Assembly: GCA_038087875.1 (NCBI GenBank)
Contig: JAXLNO010000571.1
Coordinates: forward strand, 1 to 64,000
Direction of reading: 5' to 3'
DNA length: 64,000 nucleotides
Origin: Malacoraja senta
Taxonomy: Eukaryota
Every line of letters begins with the position of its first letter. Positions within the stretch are counted from its first letter, which is position 1. Below are positions 39,241-51,544 of the stretch, one piece after another. Below the pieces are notes generated by a model. That model worked only from the letters and a program-made list of their open reading frames with translations, was not told the DNA's origin and did not search any database. Made by a program: the position numbers and the translations under genes.

Positions 39241-39804
39241 AAAATTGGGACCTTTGTTCAGTTTGAAGGGTTCTGACATGAAACATTGCCTATTCATTCC
39301 CTCTATAGTTGCTGCCTGACCCACAGAGTTCCTCCAGCACTTTGTTTTTTGCTTTATCAGCATAAGCTTTTATTGTCTTCACCCTCATATTTTTGTCCAC
39401 CTTCCCTGAAATTCAACTTCAGTTTGTTTCTCTCCCTGTTGCAAATTTTTACGCTTCTTTGAATTTCTTAATGATAACCTGATATTGATTCCCTAGTTCT
39501 GCTCTTCACATAGGTGAAAACATTCTCTTGTATTCACTCTGTCAAATCTTTCAAATCTTTCAAAACACCTAGAAGGTTACCTCCTCAGTCTCCTTGAGTA
39601 AAGACCGTTCATCCTTTCCTGAAATGTGCATCCTTGCATTTTTAGTATATTTGTGCATTTTCACTATTGATATAATGTAATGACCAGTATGGTCTAACCA
39701 AAGTTGGATAGGGGTTTGACATAACCTCTGTACTTTTTAGTTCTACCATTTTACAAATAACCCCTTTGCCTTTTCTACTGTCTAGCTAATCTCTGGCGTT
39801 GGTG

Positions 39805-40115
39805 TTTAGTTTAGTTTAGTTTAGAGAAACAGCGTGGAAACAGGCCCTTCGGCCCACTGAGTCTGTGCCGACCAGCGACCCCCGCACATTAACGCTACCC
39901 TATACACACTACGGACAATTTACACTTATACCAAACCAATTAACCTACATCTTTGGAGTGTGGGAGGAAACCAAAGATCTCAGAGAAAAATCACGCGGTC
40001 AAGGGAAGAACGTACAAACTCCGTACAGACAGCGCCCGTAGTCAGGAACCAACCCCGGTTACCGGCGCTGCAAACACTGTAAGGCAGCAACTCTACCGCT
40101 GCGCCACCGTGCCGC
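39805..40115 (-). mobile_element. HE1-like SINE
   Basis: Full-length with (TAAAC)n tail. Confidence 0.88.
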
Positions 40116-40672
40116 CGAATTTGTGCATTTGTGCTCCGAGTTCCATTTGTTCCTCTACCCATCCTGTGCCCTACAAGTAGTAAGTGATCTCACCTCACCT
40201 TCCTAACATAACATACAAACTTACATTTATCTGTGTTAAACTTTTTGTACCAATTAATTCTCCCATTGTGCAAGCTTATTGGTATCCTTTCTGTTATTTG
40301 TTGCAATCCGCTCAGTATTGACTCCCTATGCTACTAACATTCCCCTCAAATTTGTTAATGCCTACATATTTTAAATTGATGTTTTTGATTTCAAAGCTTA
40401 AACAGTGGCCCTGATAGAGATGCTTGTGGGAGACTTCCAACCCACAGTTCTTCCACTGTGAATAGCTACACTTTCCTGTTCTTTGTCTTCTACCTCAAGG
40501 TTACTCATCACGTCTCTGTGTTCACTAACCTTGTGCATCAATCCATTGTTGGGTGTTTTATCAAATATCTTTTGAAAATCTAAATAGCTTACGTCACCTT
40601 CATGCCATTGTCTACTTTGATGCTACCTCAAAAAAACCACCAAAGTTGTCAAGCAAGATTTTCCCTCTTTAA

Positions 40673-40917
40673 AGGGCCTGTCCCACTTTCACGACCCAAT
40701 TCACGACCTCTGCCGAGTTTGCCCTTGACTCATACTCGCAGCATGATCATCACAAGGTCGTAGGAGGTCATAGGTCATAGATAGGTCGGAGGTAGGTCGT
40801 GATGCTAGTCGTGGGTACTCGTGGCGTCAAGTAGGTCGGGACGTTTTTCTAGCCTGATGAAAAATGACCACGAGTAAAAAAGGTTGTGAATTAGGTCTTG
40901 AAAGTGGGACAGGCCCT
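40673..40917. mobile_element. PIF/Harbinger-type MITE (245 bp)
   Basis: TIRs AGGGCCTGTCCCACTTTCA / TGAAAGTGGGACAGGCCCT, TAA TSD at 40670-72 and 40918-20, subterminal ACGACC/GGTCGT motifs. Confidence 0.9.
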
Positions 40918-40969
40918 TAATTCTGTGCTGACTTCTAATTATTAACATATTTTTTAATTTTGCCATTAA

Positions 40970-41907
40970 GCATCGGAAATGTCCTCATTCTTCAGGGAAC
41001 AGGGGTTCCCCTCCCCTACTATGGATGAGGCTCTCACCAGGGTCTCTTCCATACCCCTTAACACTGCTCTCTCTCCCCATCCCCCCACTCGCAACAAGGG
41101 CAGAGTCCCCCTAGTCCTCACCTTTCACCCCACTAGCCGTCACATACAACAAATAGTCCTCCGTCATTTTCGCCACCTCCAACGTGACCCCATCTCCCCC
41201 CCTGTCTGCTTTTAAGCAAAGACCGCTCCCTCCGTAACTCCCTGGTCAATTATTCCCTTCCCTCCCGCACCACCCCCTCCCCGGGCACTTTCCCTTGCAA
41301 CCGCAAGAGATGCTACACTTGTCGCTTTACCTCCCCCCTCGACTCCATTCAAGTACAAAAGCAGTTGTTCCAGGTGTGACAGAGGTTCACCTGCATCTCC
41401 TCCAACCTCATCTATTGCATCCGCTGCTCTAGATGTCAGCTGATCTACATCGGTGAGACCAAGCGTAGGCTTGGCGATCGATTCGCCGAACAGCTCCGCT
41501 CGGTCCGCATTAACCAACCTGATCTCCCGGTGGCTCAGCACTTCAACTCCCCCTCCCATTCCGAATCCGACCTCTCTGTCCTGGGCCTCCTCCATGGCCA
41601 GAGTGAGCACCACCGGATATTGGAGGAGCAGCACCTCATATTCTGCTTGGGCAGTCTGGAGCCTAGCAGCATAAACATTGAATTCTCCAATTTCCGGTAG
41701 CCCTTGCTGTCTCCTCCTCTTGTCTCCTCCCCTTCTCAGCTCTCCCTCAGCCCTCGGGCTCCTGCTCTTCCTTTTTCCTTTCTTCTCCCCACCCACCCCA
41801 CCCTCCATCAGTCTGAAGAAGGGTTTCGGCCCGAAACATTGCCTATTTCCTTCGCTCCATAGATGCTGCTGCACCCGCTGAGTTTCTTCACCACTTTTGT
41901 CTACCTT
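40970..41907 (+). mobile_element. Penelope-like retroelement 3' part (RT C-terminus, GIY-YIG endonuclease, terminal repeat)
   Basis: RVPLVLTFHP, PCNRKRCYTC, NLIYCIRCSRCQLIYIGETKRRLGDRFAEQ, PVAQHFN; stops present; CTGAAGA...GAAA motif at ~41813-41836. Confidence 0.93.
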
Positions 41908-42358
41908 TAAATTTGACATGTTCTTCAAGCGCCTCATTTGATAAAGATTCCTTTAGTTTTCCTCATATCAATGTTAAGCTGACTGGTCTATAATTCCCTG
42001 GACATAATTCCCTGGCATGTGGGAAGAATGAGTGGATTAGACAGAAAAGGTAGAAGAAAACAGAACATCTTTTGCTGGATTTGTAAATGTGGTTCGGTGT
42101 GTACAGAGAGCAAGGTTTAATTGGCACTGGAATAATTACATTCTTACTTGCTGCAGTTTAACAGGCCCATTATCACAATAACAAAGCAAAACAAAAAACC
42201 CCCCCCACAAAAATACAACAAATTATCAGTAATCCGATGTAACCAGACCATAACATTACAAACTGAAGTATGTACAATCAAAGCAATGTCCATAAAAATT
42301 GTTTTTGAGGTAGAGTTGTGGTTAGGATTGCTCTGTGTGGTTCAAGATCCTAAAGGTT

Positions 42359-43370
42359 ATCTTAAATGTAGAAATACCATCTACGGAAGGTATTAGAAGA
42401 GACTGGGAACAAGAATTAGCTATTAAAATCTCAAAGGAAAGGTGGAATGAACATTTATTAAACGTGCATAAATATTCGATTAATGTAAGACACACTTTAA
42501 TACAATTTAAAATTTTACATAGATTATATTATTCCAAAACTAAAATCAATAAAATTTTCCCAAATGTATCATCCATTTGTGATAAATGTCAATCTCAAGA
42601 AGCTACTATAGCGCACTCATTTCTTTTTCTGTACAAAAATCCAAAAATTTTGGATTTAAATTTTTGAAATCTTTACAAAATTATTTAAAATAAAACTGAT
42701 ACCCAAAGCAGAATGGATTATCTTCGGAACAACGGAAGATAGTCCAGAACTAAATGTGTTCCAAAAGAAATTAATAGACTATGGGTTAATAACTGGAAAA
42801 AAGTTAATCCTAAAATTCTGGAAAAACGCTCCAATACCAACTATAAACATGTGGATTTCAAATATGTTCGAAACATTACACCTAGAAGAGATAAGACTCC
42901 TCCTGGCAGGTAAACCAGATCACTTCCACCTGACGTGGTCTGCATTTATAGAATTATTACAAGTATAGGGTGCAAAAGTACTTTAAAAAAACTGAGGTCA
43001 GGTAAGGGGGGATGAAAGCTGGAGAGTTGGTATATCCCATTTGCGTGATGCTTACAACAAAGCATTTGTTTTTCTCTTTTCCCTCTTTCTCTTTTTTCTT
43101 CTTTTTTAGGGTCTATTTCTTAACTCTTTTTAAAAAAAAATCTTTCTTATAGGGTCTTTGTTCTTTTTTGTTGTCACGTTTTTTACACTTTCACTTTTTT
43201 CCTTCACTTTCTCCTTTCTCTCAATCTCATCCTTTCCCTTTATTAGTGTAAAAAATAAACGGAGTACATTAATTGTAATAAGATATATGTGACGAGTACT
43301 AATGTAATTGGTTGTAATGTAATGTACTTCAAATAAATAAAAATTAAAAAAAATTAAAAAAAATTAAAAA
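42359..43370 (+). mobile_element. 5'-truncated L1-clade LINE with poly(A) tail and 15-bp TSD
   Basis: WEQEL...QFKILHRLY...CDKC...H zinc-knuckle region; T-rich 3' UTR, AATAAA, A-rich tail; AAGATCCTAAAGGTT at 42344-42358 and 43371-43385. Confidence 0.93.
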
Positions 43371-43385
43371 AAGATCCTAAAGGTT

Positions 43386-43800
43386 GATGCGAAGAAGCTG
43401 TTCTTGAACCTGGAGGAAACAGCTCTCAGGCTCATGTGCCTTCTTCCTGATGGTAGCAACAAGACAGGAGCATGGGCAGGGTGGTGTGGGTCTTTGATGA
43501 TATTCGCTGCTTTTTTGAAGCAGCACTTTCTGTAGATCCCTTCGATGGTGGGAGGTCAGTACCCGTGATGTTCAATGTTGCAGACAGCACAATGTTCATA
43601 CTGTCTGCAGCCTCCTTTGTTTTTGGCCGTTCGAGTAACCCAATCAGGCCATGATGCAACCAGTCAGTATGCTCTCTACCATACACCTATACAAGGTCGA
43701 TAGGGGATGGGTATTTGGTGACATGCTGAAACTCCTCAATTTTCTAAGGAAATAGAGGCATTGATGAGCTTTCTTCATGATTGCATCAATATGCTGGGCA
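43386..43800 (-). mobile_element. Rex1/Babar-like fragment (host of the L1 insertion; tail continues ~42115-42343)
   Basis: Reverse complement similar to 29250-29600. Confidence 0.8.
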
Positions 43801-44129
43801 AGCGCTCAAAAATGAACAGCCAGCGTTACTTTTGTTTCAGAGCATAATATTATCAAATCAATGCATTAATTTGGTTTTGTGCCCATTGTCATGGAACACT
43901 TTTAAATGTGCATGTACCACCAGGAGAAATCAAGCCCAAATGCTCTGCTAGAGTTGCAGTGACCTACATAGCATGACTGATTCTTATTGTTAAAATTCTG
44001 TTGGGAAAACAAGGGGAAGTTATTGATGATGTAGGTAGGATATTGTCCTAAAAAGCAGATTCAGCTCTTGAAAACTTGTTTGTTTGAGAGAGGAGATTGG
44101 AATGCCGAAATCTTGCCGAGGTCAGTCCA

Positions 44130-45510
44130 GACTTTATAGCAGAGGCCAGAAGAAGCAAATGGTTGAATGGCAGTGAATGGTAGGGCTCTGGGAAGTATTG
44201 TAGAGCATAAGGATCGAGGAATGCAGGTACATAGTTCCTTGAAGGTGGCATCACAGGTAGATAGGGTGGTCAAAAAGGCTTTTGGCACATTGGCCTTCAT
44301 CAGTCAGAGTATTGAGTATTGAGGTTGGGAGGTCATGTTGCAGTTATATAAGACATTAGTGTGGCCTTAGTGTGATATTAGTTTTTGGGCAGTGGGCTGG
44401 TGCTATAGACCTGCACGGCAAGGTAGACGCTCCTGCCCCCACGAGTCTCGGGCAGATGGGGCTCGTCAGCCTGGGAAGGCAGTCCATCTAGGAGAGGGAA
44501 AACTCTGATTTAAAATCTCCACTGCCTTGTGGGCATATCCAGTCATTGGAAAGGCTCCTGGAGTAAATCTCAAGAAAATCCGGAGTCGGAGCCCCTAAGG
44601 CAGTTCGTCGTTGTCTACAGCCTCGCTCTGGCATCTCCTGCGACGGCGCTGGTGCCAAACTGTAACGGCCCTGCTGTTCCTTTGGATGGATCAACGACAT
44701 GGAGAGGGGGGACGTGCTGCATGGGCAACAGCCTGTCCTCCATATGATATCGCCCAGGCTTGCATCCGACCACACATCACCTGCAAACTAGGGTGCATCA
44801 CCCATGGTCAGTCATGACCGAAGGGGGCCTACTAGTGTGGCCGCATTTAGACTATTGTGTTCAGTTCTGAGCACCATGTTATAGGAAAAATGTAGACACA
44901 TTGGAAATGGTGCAGAGAAAATTCACAAGGATGTTGCCAAGACTCGAGGGTGTGAGCTATAGGGAGAGGTTGAGCAGGCTGGGACTCTATTCCTTGGAGG
45001 GCAGGAGGATGAGGGGTGATCTTATTGAGGTGTATCAAATCATGAGAGGAATAAACCAGGTAGATGCACAGAGTCTCTTGCCCAAAATAGGGGAATCAAG
45101 AACCAGAGGGCATAGGTTTAACGTGAAGGGGGAAAGATTTGATAGGGATCTGAGGGGTAGCTTTTTCACACAAAGGGTGGTAGGTGTATGTAACAAGCTG
45201 CGGTGGAGGTGTCTAATTGCTTCTTAAACATATGGAGGTAGTTGAGGCAGAGACTATCGCAGCGTTTAAGAAGCAATTAGACACAAAATGTTAGAGTAAC
45301 TATCTTTGTGTCTATCTTCGGTATAAACCAGCATCTGCAGTTTCTTCCTACACCTTTAAGAAGCAATTAGAGAGGTACATGGATAGGACAGGTTTAGAGG
45401 GATATGGGCCAAACGCAGGCAGGTGGGACTAATATAGATGGGACATGTTGGTCGGTGTAGGCAAGTTGGGCCGAAGAGCTCATTTCCACACTTTGACATA
45501 ATGATTCTAT
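44130..45510 (+). mobile_element. CR1 LINE 3' fragment with nested insertions
   Basis: ORF 44901-45227 VQRKFTRMLP...RGDLIEVY...FFTQRVV; CR1 tail. Confidence 0.88.
44367..44832 (+). mobile_element. Short non-autonomous element with RTE-like 5' UTR motif
   Basis: 10-bp TSD TAGTGTGGCC at 44357-66 and 44833-42; GGCAGTCCATCTAGGAGAGGGAAAACTCTGA motif recalled from RTE 5' UTRs; 3' stem-loop and CTA-like tail. Confidence 0.7.
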
Positions 45511-48191
45511 TCCCACCGATACCCTCTGTTTGTTACCTACTAATATGAACATTATGGCCTTGGGATTAGCTGTTTACATTTACACTGATTTCCCGCTGGG
45601 CAATAAGCTGAACATCTTGGCTCTGATCAGGTAAAACCATAAGTACGGTTATTAAGCCACTGGATTTTGTTCCTAATTACTCATTGCACCACAAGACTGA
45701 ATGTTGGCACCGCAAACTAACTGACGGGGCAGGAGAAAGAGAAAAAGCCACATCATCATCATCTTTAGTGGACTTTTCCTCCTGCTGGCTACAGTAGGTT
45801 TTTATTATTGCAGAAAGTGCAATAATCATACTGAGAGGATTTACAGAAGACAGTGTATGGCCAAGCCTGGGTGTTGAATGGGTGAATTGTATCACACCAC
45901 ATCCACTAACCACTCCCTTCTCCCTTAGTTCAAGTGTTTTTAACTGTTGGCCATTGCTTTTCCAATGCAGATGAATGTTTCTCTTCTTTGGTCCCACATC
46001 AGGTATTGTCTCACTATTAGAGGAGGTTTACCAAGATGCTGTCTGGATTTGAGGGTATTAACCTTGATTAGAACGGGTTTCAAGGGTTTTGGGGAAAAGG
46101 CAGGAAAATGGGATTAGGAGGCAGAGATCAGCCATGATTGAATGGCGGAGTAGACTCGATGGGCTAAATGGCCTAATTCTACTTCTATAACTTGTGAACT
46201 TGTTGGGCAGACGTGGGTTGTTTTCTCTCGAGTGGCAGAAGCTGAGGTGAAACCTGATAGAAATTTATAAAATAATGAGAGATAGAGATAGGGTAGACAG
46301 TCAAAATCTATTTCCCAGAATGGAAATGTCAAATAGTAGAGGACTGAGATTTAAGAAGAAAAGGAGAATGTTTATAGGAAACGTGCAGCGTAGGTTCTTT
46401 TACACAGTGGTAGGCGCCTAGAATACAGCGCCAAGGGTAGCAGGAAGCAGATATGACAGTGACATTTATGAGGGTTCTCGATAAGCAGGTGAATATGCAG
46501 GGGGATAGAGGAATATGGATTATATGCAGGTATAAGGGATTAGTTTAACTTGTCATCATCTTCAGCACAAATGTCGTTGGCTGATGGGGCTGTTCCTGTG
46601 CTATACCATTGTTGGAATGATTCCCATCCCTAACAAGTCCAACAAAATTAATTGCAGCACAAATGTCATGTGATCCATAAAATGCCAATCCTGAACCTGC
46701 AAAACTAAAATGGCTGATTCCAGATCTATAATGGAACAGATCAGTGAGCAAGGCCCTAATGAGGTATTGCCATTAAGGAAATATACTTCCTTCATATCTA
46801 AAATAAGGACTAAGATATGCAATAACCAACATATCTGCATTGTTGTCACTGATGAATCTTCTGGACAGATGCCTCGTGAGGAGATAATCACTACCATTTA
46901 TTAATGGTAACAACATTGGCAAAGTAAAGGGTTTTATAGCAAAACAACTCCATATAATGTACAATTCATTTAATAATTATTATATTTACCAGATCATTTG
47001 CATCGACTGTAAGCACTGATAATTATCAAATGATCCCCTTGGATGTTATTCAATCAATAAATTGTTTGATGGCATCTTCTGTTTGAATTGTAAATGTTCA
47101 AAATATTCAGGGAAATTGATCCACATGCATGGTTTTATACTTACTCAACTGTCTCAGAAAGCTGAAATATTTTAGCCGTAGCAAGAAAATTAGTTTCTCC
47201 ACATAATGTGTAATGAACGTATGTTTACTGCAGGAATATCCTGTCTGTCGTGAAGTAGATTAAGTGGCAGTGTATCAGTATACCGAAAGATTCTAGGGAA
47301 TAATATTTGTAAATTCTGTGAAGCGTTTCAGTGGGTTTCTATGTATATAGAGAAAAAGGATTTTAGTGGTAAATTCATGAATATTTATTGAGGAATTGTA
47401 TTCAGAATGTATAGTTCCAGGAAGGCTAAATCATTTGCTGTGTGTATACGTCTAACGGGGTGATACAGAATATATACTTAGCTACCCATCATATGACTAG
47501 CAAAATGGAACCAGTTTTTCCTTTGATTTCACCTGCAGTAACGACTCTGAATGAAAGTATAAATTATACATTACAAATGTTTCAGATATTGCAGAAATAG
47601 AAAATGTCCTCATTTAACAGAACCGACTGTCCAAGTATTGCTTCTGTGTATAATGGAGATGAAACAGCATCTATCTATCTACCTATCTATCTATCTAGCT
47701 ATCAACTTCCTATGTAGATACTCAATATACACAGAGCTAGTTGTCCAAAGATAAATTTTGGATGAAAGTGGAGATAAACTTGTTTTTTTTTAACTTTTTG
47801 GTCACTTAAAACCAAACTCTTGTCAACTGGGTAGCACATTCATTAAGAAATGTAACATGAGCAACTCATGAAAATGGGTGAAGGAAATCTGGAGCAGTGC
47901 AAAGTTTTCTGCCAGTTTGCGATGAAGCTGCATGGGGGCCTCAAAGATACATGCAATTCCCAAAGCAGCAGTTGTTAGAAATCTTAAATTCAGCTATTTC
48001 AATAACTTGGGAAGAAACAGTGAGTATCAGTGATGGTGATGACAAATTTACTACACACTCATAAAACCCCCCATTTAATTCTCTTATCTCACCTACATGT
48101 TACTCCAGACCTGTCATCACAGTTCAAGGGTCATTAGGGGTGAGAAATAAATGCCTGCATTGCTCCCACATTTTGAATCAACATTCATTTG

Positions 48192-48471
48192 GAGTGGCGC
48201 AGTGGTAGAGTTGCTGCCTAACAGCGCCAGAGACCCGGGTTCAATCCTGACTATGGGCGCTGTCTGTATGGAGTTTATACGTTCTCCCTGTGACTGCGTG
48301 GGTTTTCTCTGGGTGTTCCGGTTTCCTCCCACACTCCAAAGACGTACAGGTTTGTAGGTTAATTGGCTTCAGTAAAATTGTAAATTGTGTGTAGGATGGT
48401 GCTAGTGCTTGGGGTGGTCGCTGGTCTGCCCTGACTCAGTGGGCCTGCTTCCACGCTGTTTCTCTAAAGTC
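48192..48471 (+). mobile_element. HE1-like SINE
   Basis: A/B-box head, core, tail. Confidence 0.9.
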
Positions 48472-48580
48472 TACATCTCTAAAATAATAAGAAAATTGTT
48501 CCCGTGTCATACTACTTGCAGTACTACTTATGTAATACTGTATATATCCTGAATGTAACCTGTATTAAGTTTGATACCAG

Positions 48581-48674
48581 GACACCTGGAGCAGAAAAAT
48601 ATTCTTCAATACTAATGACCGTCTCCAAGGGCAGTAGCAACATTCATCCAGTGCTTTTTTATGCAGATAAAAAG
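48581..48674 (+). CDS. Candidate internal exon of unidentified gene
   Basis: CCAG acceptor, AAG|GTACT donor, frame TPGAEKYSSILMTVSKGSSNIHPVLFYADKK, phase-compatible with neighbours. Confidence 0.33.
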
Positions 48675-48750
48675 GTACTTGAATGCATGATTAATAAACA
48701 TAGGTGTCATATGATTGGAAAACAAAATAATGAAATTTAACTTTTTAAAG

Positions 48751-48791
48751 GTGCCAGCTCTTACCGTTACAGCGATGGCATTAGCATCAAG
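48751..48791 (+). CDS. Candidate short exon after a 76-nt intron
   Basis: TTTTTAAAG acceptor, AAG|GTAAAG donor, VPALTVTAMALAS in frame with the previous candidate. Confidence 0.33.
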
Positions 48792-48814
48792 GTAAAGCAC
48801 ATTTAATCCTGATG

Positions 48815-49320
48815 CGATCTCCCCATTGCTAAACATTTTAACTTCCCCTCCCATTCCCACACTGGCCTTTCTGTCCTGGGCCTCCTCCACTGTCAGAGTG
48901 AGGCCAAACGCAAATTGGAGGAACAGTACCTCATATTTCGCTTGGGCAGCTTACACCCCAGCAGTATCTGTATTTATGTCTCTAACTTCAAGTAACTCTC
49001 GCTGTCCCTCTTTCTCCGTCCTTCCCCCACCCTAGTTCTCCGACTAATTTCACTGTCTTGATTAATTTTACTGTTTGTATGCTTCGTTGTCACCGTCCCC
49101 TCAGCCAACTATGAACAATTGTACATTTCCTTGATCACCGTCTGCTTTGATCTGTTCTTTTCACACCTTACATTCTCTTTGTACCCTTCCATATCTCTAG
49201 TTTCCCTCTCCCCGACTCTCAGTCTGAAGAAGGGTCTCGACCCGAAACGTCACCCATTCCTTCTCTCCAGAGATGCTGCCTGTCCCGCTGAGTTACTCCA
49301 GCATTTTTGTGTTTATCTTC
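48815..49320 (+). mobile_element. Penelope-like 3' fragment with intact hammerhead-like core
   Basis: HFNFPSHSH...LSVLGLLHCQSEAKRKLEEQYLIFRLGSL; CTGAAGA-AGGGTCTCGACCC-GAAACGTC at 49224-49251. Confidence 0.88.
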
Positions 49321-49720
49321 ACATTTAATCACAAATGGATAGACAAATAGTTTTACATTGTTCATTCCTTCAAGCCAAGAAGGTGAATAAAGTTACCCCA
49401 CTCAGCCAATGGTATGTAAACTAGTGCAAGGCTGAAGTGACTCCCTCTGCACAAATCATCGCCCAATATGGCACATACTTCCAACAAATTTAACATCCTT
49501 GCCAGATGCAGTTAAATGTTCATAAGTCAAATTTAATTAAGTGAAGGTTAAGCAGTGAGATCGTAGAAATAAAGGGAGATAGCTGACAGGTGAAAGGGAT
49601 TTGGGACTCTTAAACTGATGATTCAAACCAATATACCCCCAATGCCAGAAACAAAAGATGATGTTAGGTTGTGTAAAAGAGGGGAATCGAATATTGCCAT
49701 AATCATAAAATGATGTTGTA

Positions 49721-49825
49721 AATGATGTTGTTCACAGCAGCATTCTGGGGGCGTGATCCTTGCCGGGTAGTCTACAGCACCAGGCAATCATGAGGGACTG
49801 TAGACGCACTAAGCAACTAAGCTGA
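49721..49825 (+). ncRNA. Candidate C/D-box snoRNA-like unit, copy 1
   Basis: ATGATGT (C-like) ... internal hairpin ... ATGAGGG (C'-like) ... CTGA (D); paralog at ~51449-51544 with homology limited to this unit. Confidence 0.35.
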
Positions 49826-50432
49826 CATAAAAACATTGGACAGAGGAACAGGCAAAACCTCCCCTTGTGTCTGCTCCACCATTTAATCTGATCAAAGTTG
49901 GGCTTCATCTCGATCCAATTTATTTTAGCCAATCAAATGCCTATCAATCTCAGTTAAATGTTTCAACTCTTAACAATATGACAATAACAATTCGCCTTCC
50001 CCCCCCTCACCCACTTTCCCCATCCCTCTCCATTGGACTGAAGGACTGCTTATTGATTGAATTCCTGATTGGCCTTGTTCTAATTATAAAATTATGGCTC
50101 CTTGCACTGCGTTGACCGATGGGATAAAACAGTTTTACTGCGATCGCCTTTATAAATCTTTTAAACATTGCCAATAGAACATTCCTCAACATTTCAAGTT
50201 CAAACAATATCAAACCAAGTTAATGCGACTTGTCCTGCAAATTCCTCCGATAAGCCCTGTAATAATTCTGGTGACGCTGATCTGAGACAAACTATCATTC
50301 TTGTGGTTTGCTCAAATGAAATGATCCAGAGAAGGCCTGACAATGGATATGTACAAGTACAACCGTTACAATGGGCTGAATGTCCTCCTTCTATGTTGTG
50401 TCATTCAAGGATTCTAACTGATAAGTTTGTAA

Positions 50433-50760
50433 AGTTTAGTTTAGTTTAGATTAGTTGGAGACATAGCATGGAAATAGGCCCTTCGACCCACCAAGTCCAT
50501 GCCAAACATTGATCACCCATTCACACCAGTTCAATGTTATCCCATTCTGTCATCCACTCCCTACACATTAGGTGCAATTTACAGAGACCAATTATCCTAC
50601 AAATGTGCACATCTTTGGGGTGTGAGAGCACCCGGGGGAAATCCACGCGGTCACAGGGAGAACATGCAAACTCCACACGGACAGCACCCAAAGTCAGGAT
50701 TGAACCCGGGTCTCTGGTGCTGTGAGGCAAAGCTCCACCAGCTGCACCTCTGCACCACCC
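50433..50760 (-). mobile_element. HE1-like SINE
   Basis: Full-length with (TAAAC)n tail. Confidence 0.88.
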
Positions 50761-50991
50761 CTGAACTGATGTTAAGTGATGAAGTTAAGTGATGTTAAAT
50801 GAACTGATGCTAACTCATTACGCAGCCTGTAGAATCCGCAGTGATTAAGAGAAGAGGTAACCAATAAATTAATTGCATAAACTATTTAACTTTTGACTAA
50901 TCACCAGATTACATTGCCACAACTCAAACTGCCTAACAATCAATGCAAGGAAAACTCTACGTGACATGTGGCAATATTCTTTCATCAACCA

Positions 50992-51297
50992 ACACGGTGG
51001 CGCAGTAGTAGAGTTTCTGCCTTTACAGCGCCAGAGGCCTGGGTTCAATTCCAACTACAGGTACTAACTGTAAGGAGTTTGTCCATTCTCCCCGTGACTG
51101 CTTAGATTTTCTCCAAGTGCTCCGGTTTCCTCCCTTATTCAAAAGGCATACAGGTTTGTAGGTTGATTGGCTTCGGTAAAAATTCTAAATTGTTTCTACT
51201 GTGCAGGATAGTGCTAGTCTACGGGGATCGCTGGTCAGCGCGGACTCGGTGGGCCAAAGGGCCTGTTTCCCCGCTGTGTCTCTAAACTAAACTAAAC
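50992..51297 (+). mobile_element. HE1-like SINE
   Basis: Full-length with (TAAAC)n tail. Confidence 0.88.
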
Positions 51298-51448
51298 CTG
51301 GAAGCAGCCTCTGCATGTACACTCTAACATAATGCAGAGAATTACTGCTGTCACATATAGACTGGTAATGTCTCCTCCACCAGCTGTTCAAAAAATTATT
51401 GATAAAGTGAGAAATTAAATCGTTCTCCTGCTAAAATTATTTTTGTAA

Positions 51449-51544
51449 ATGATGTTGTTCACAGCAGCATTCTGGGGCGTGATCCTTGCTGGGTAGCCGA
51501 CAGCACCAGGCAATCATGAGGGACAGGCTAAGCAATTAAGCTGA
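51449..51544 (+). ncRNA. Candidate C/D-box snoRNA-like unit, copy 2
   Basis: Same box layout and hairpin as 49721-49825. Confidence 0.35.

Noticed and set aside
41212..41937. 241-aa - strand ORF
   Set aside because: Antisense shadow of the Penelope coding remnant.
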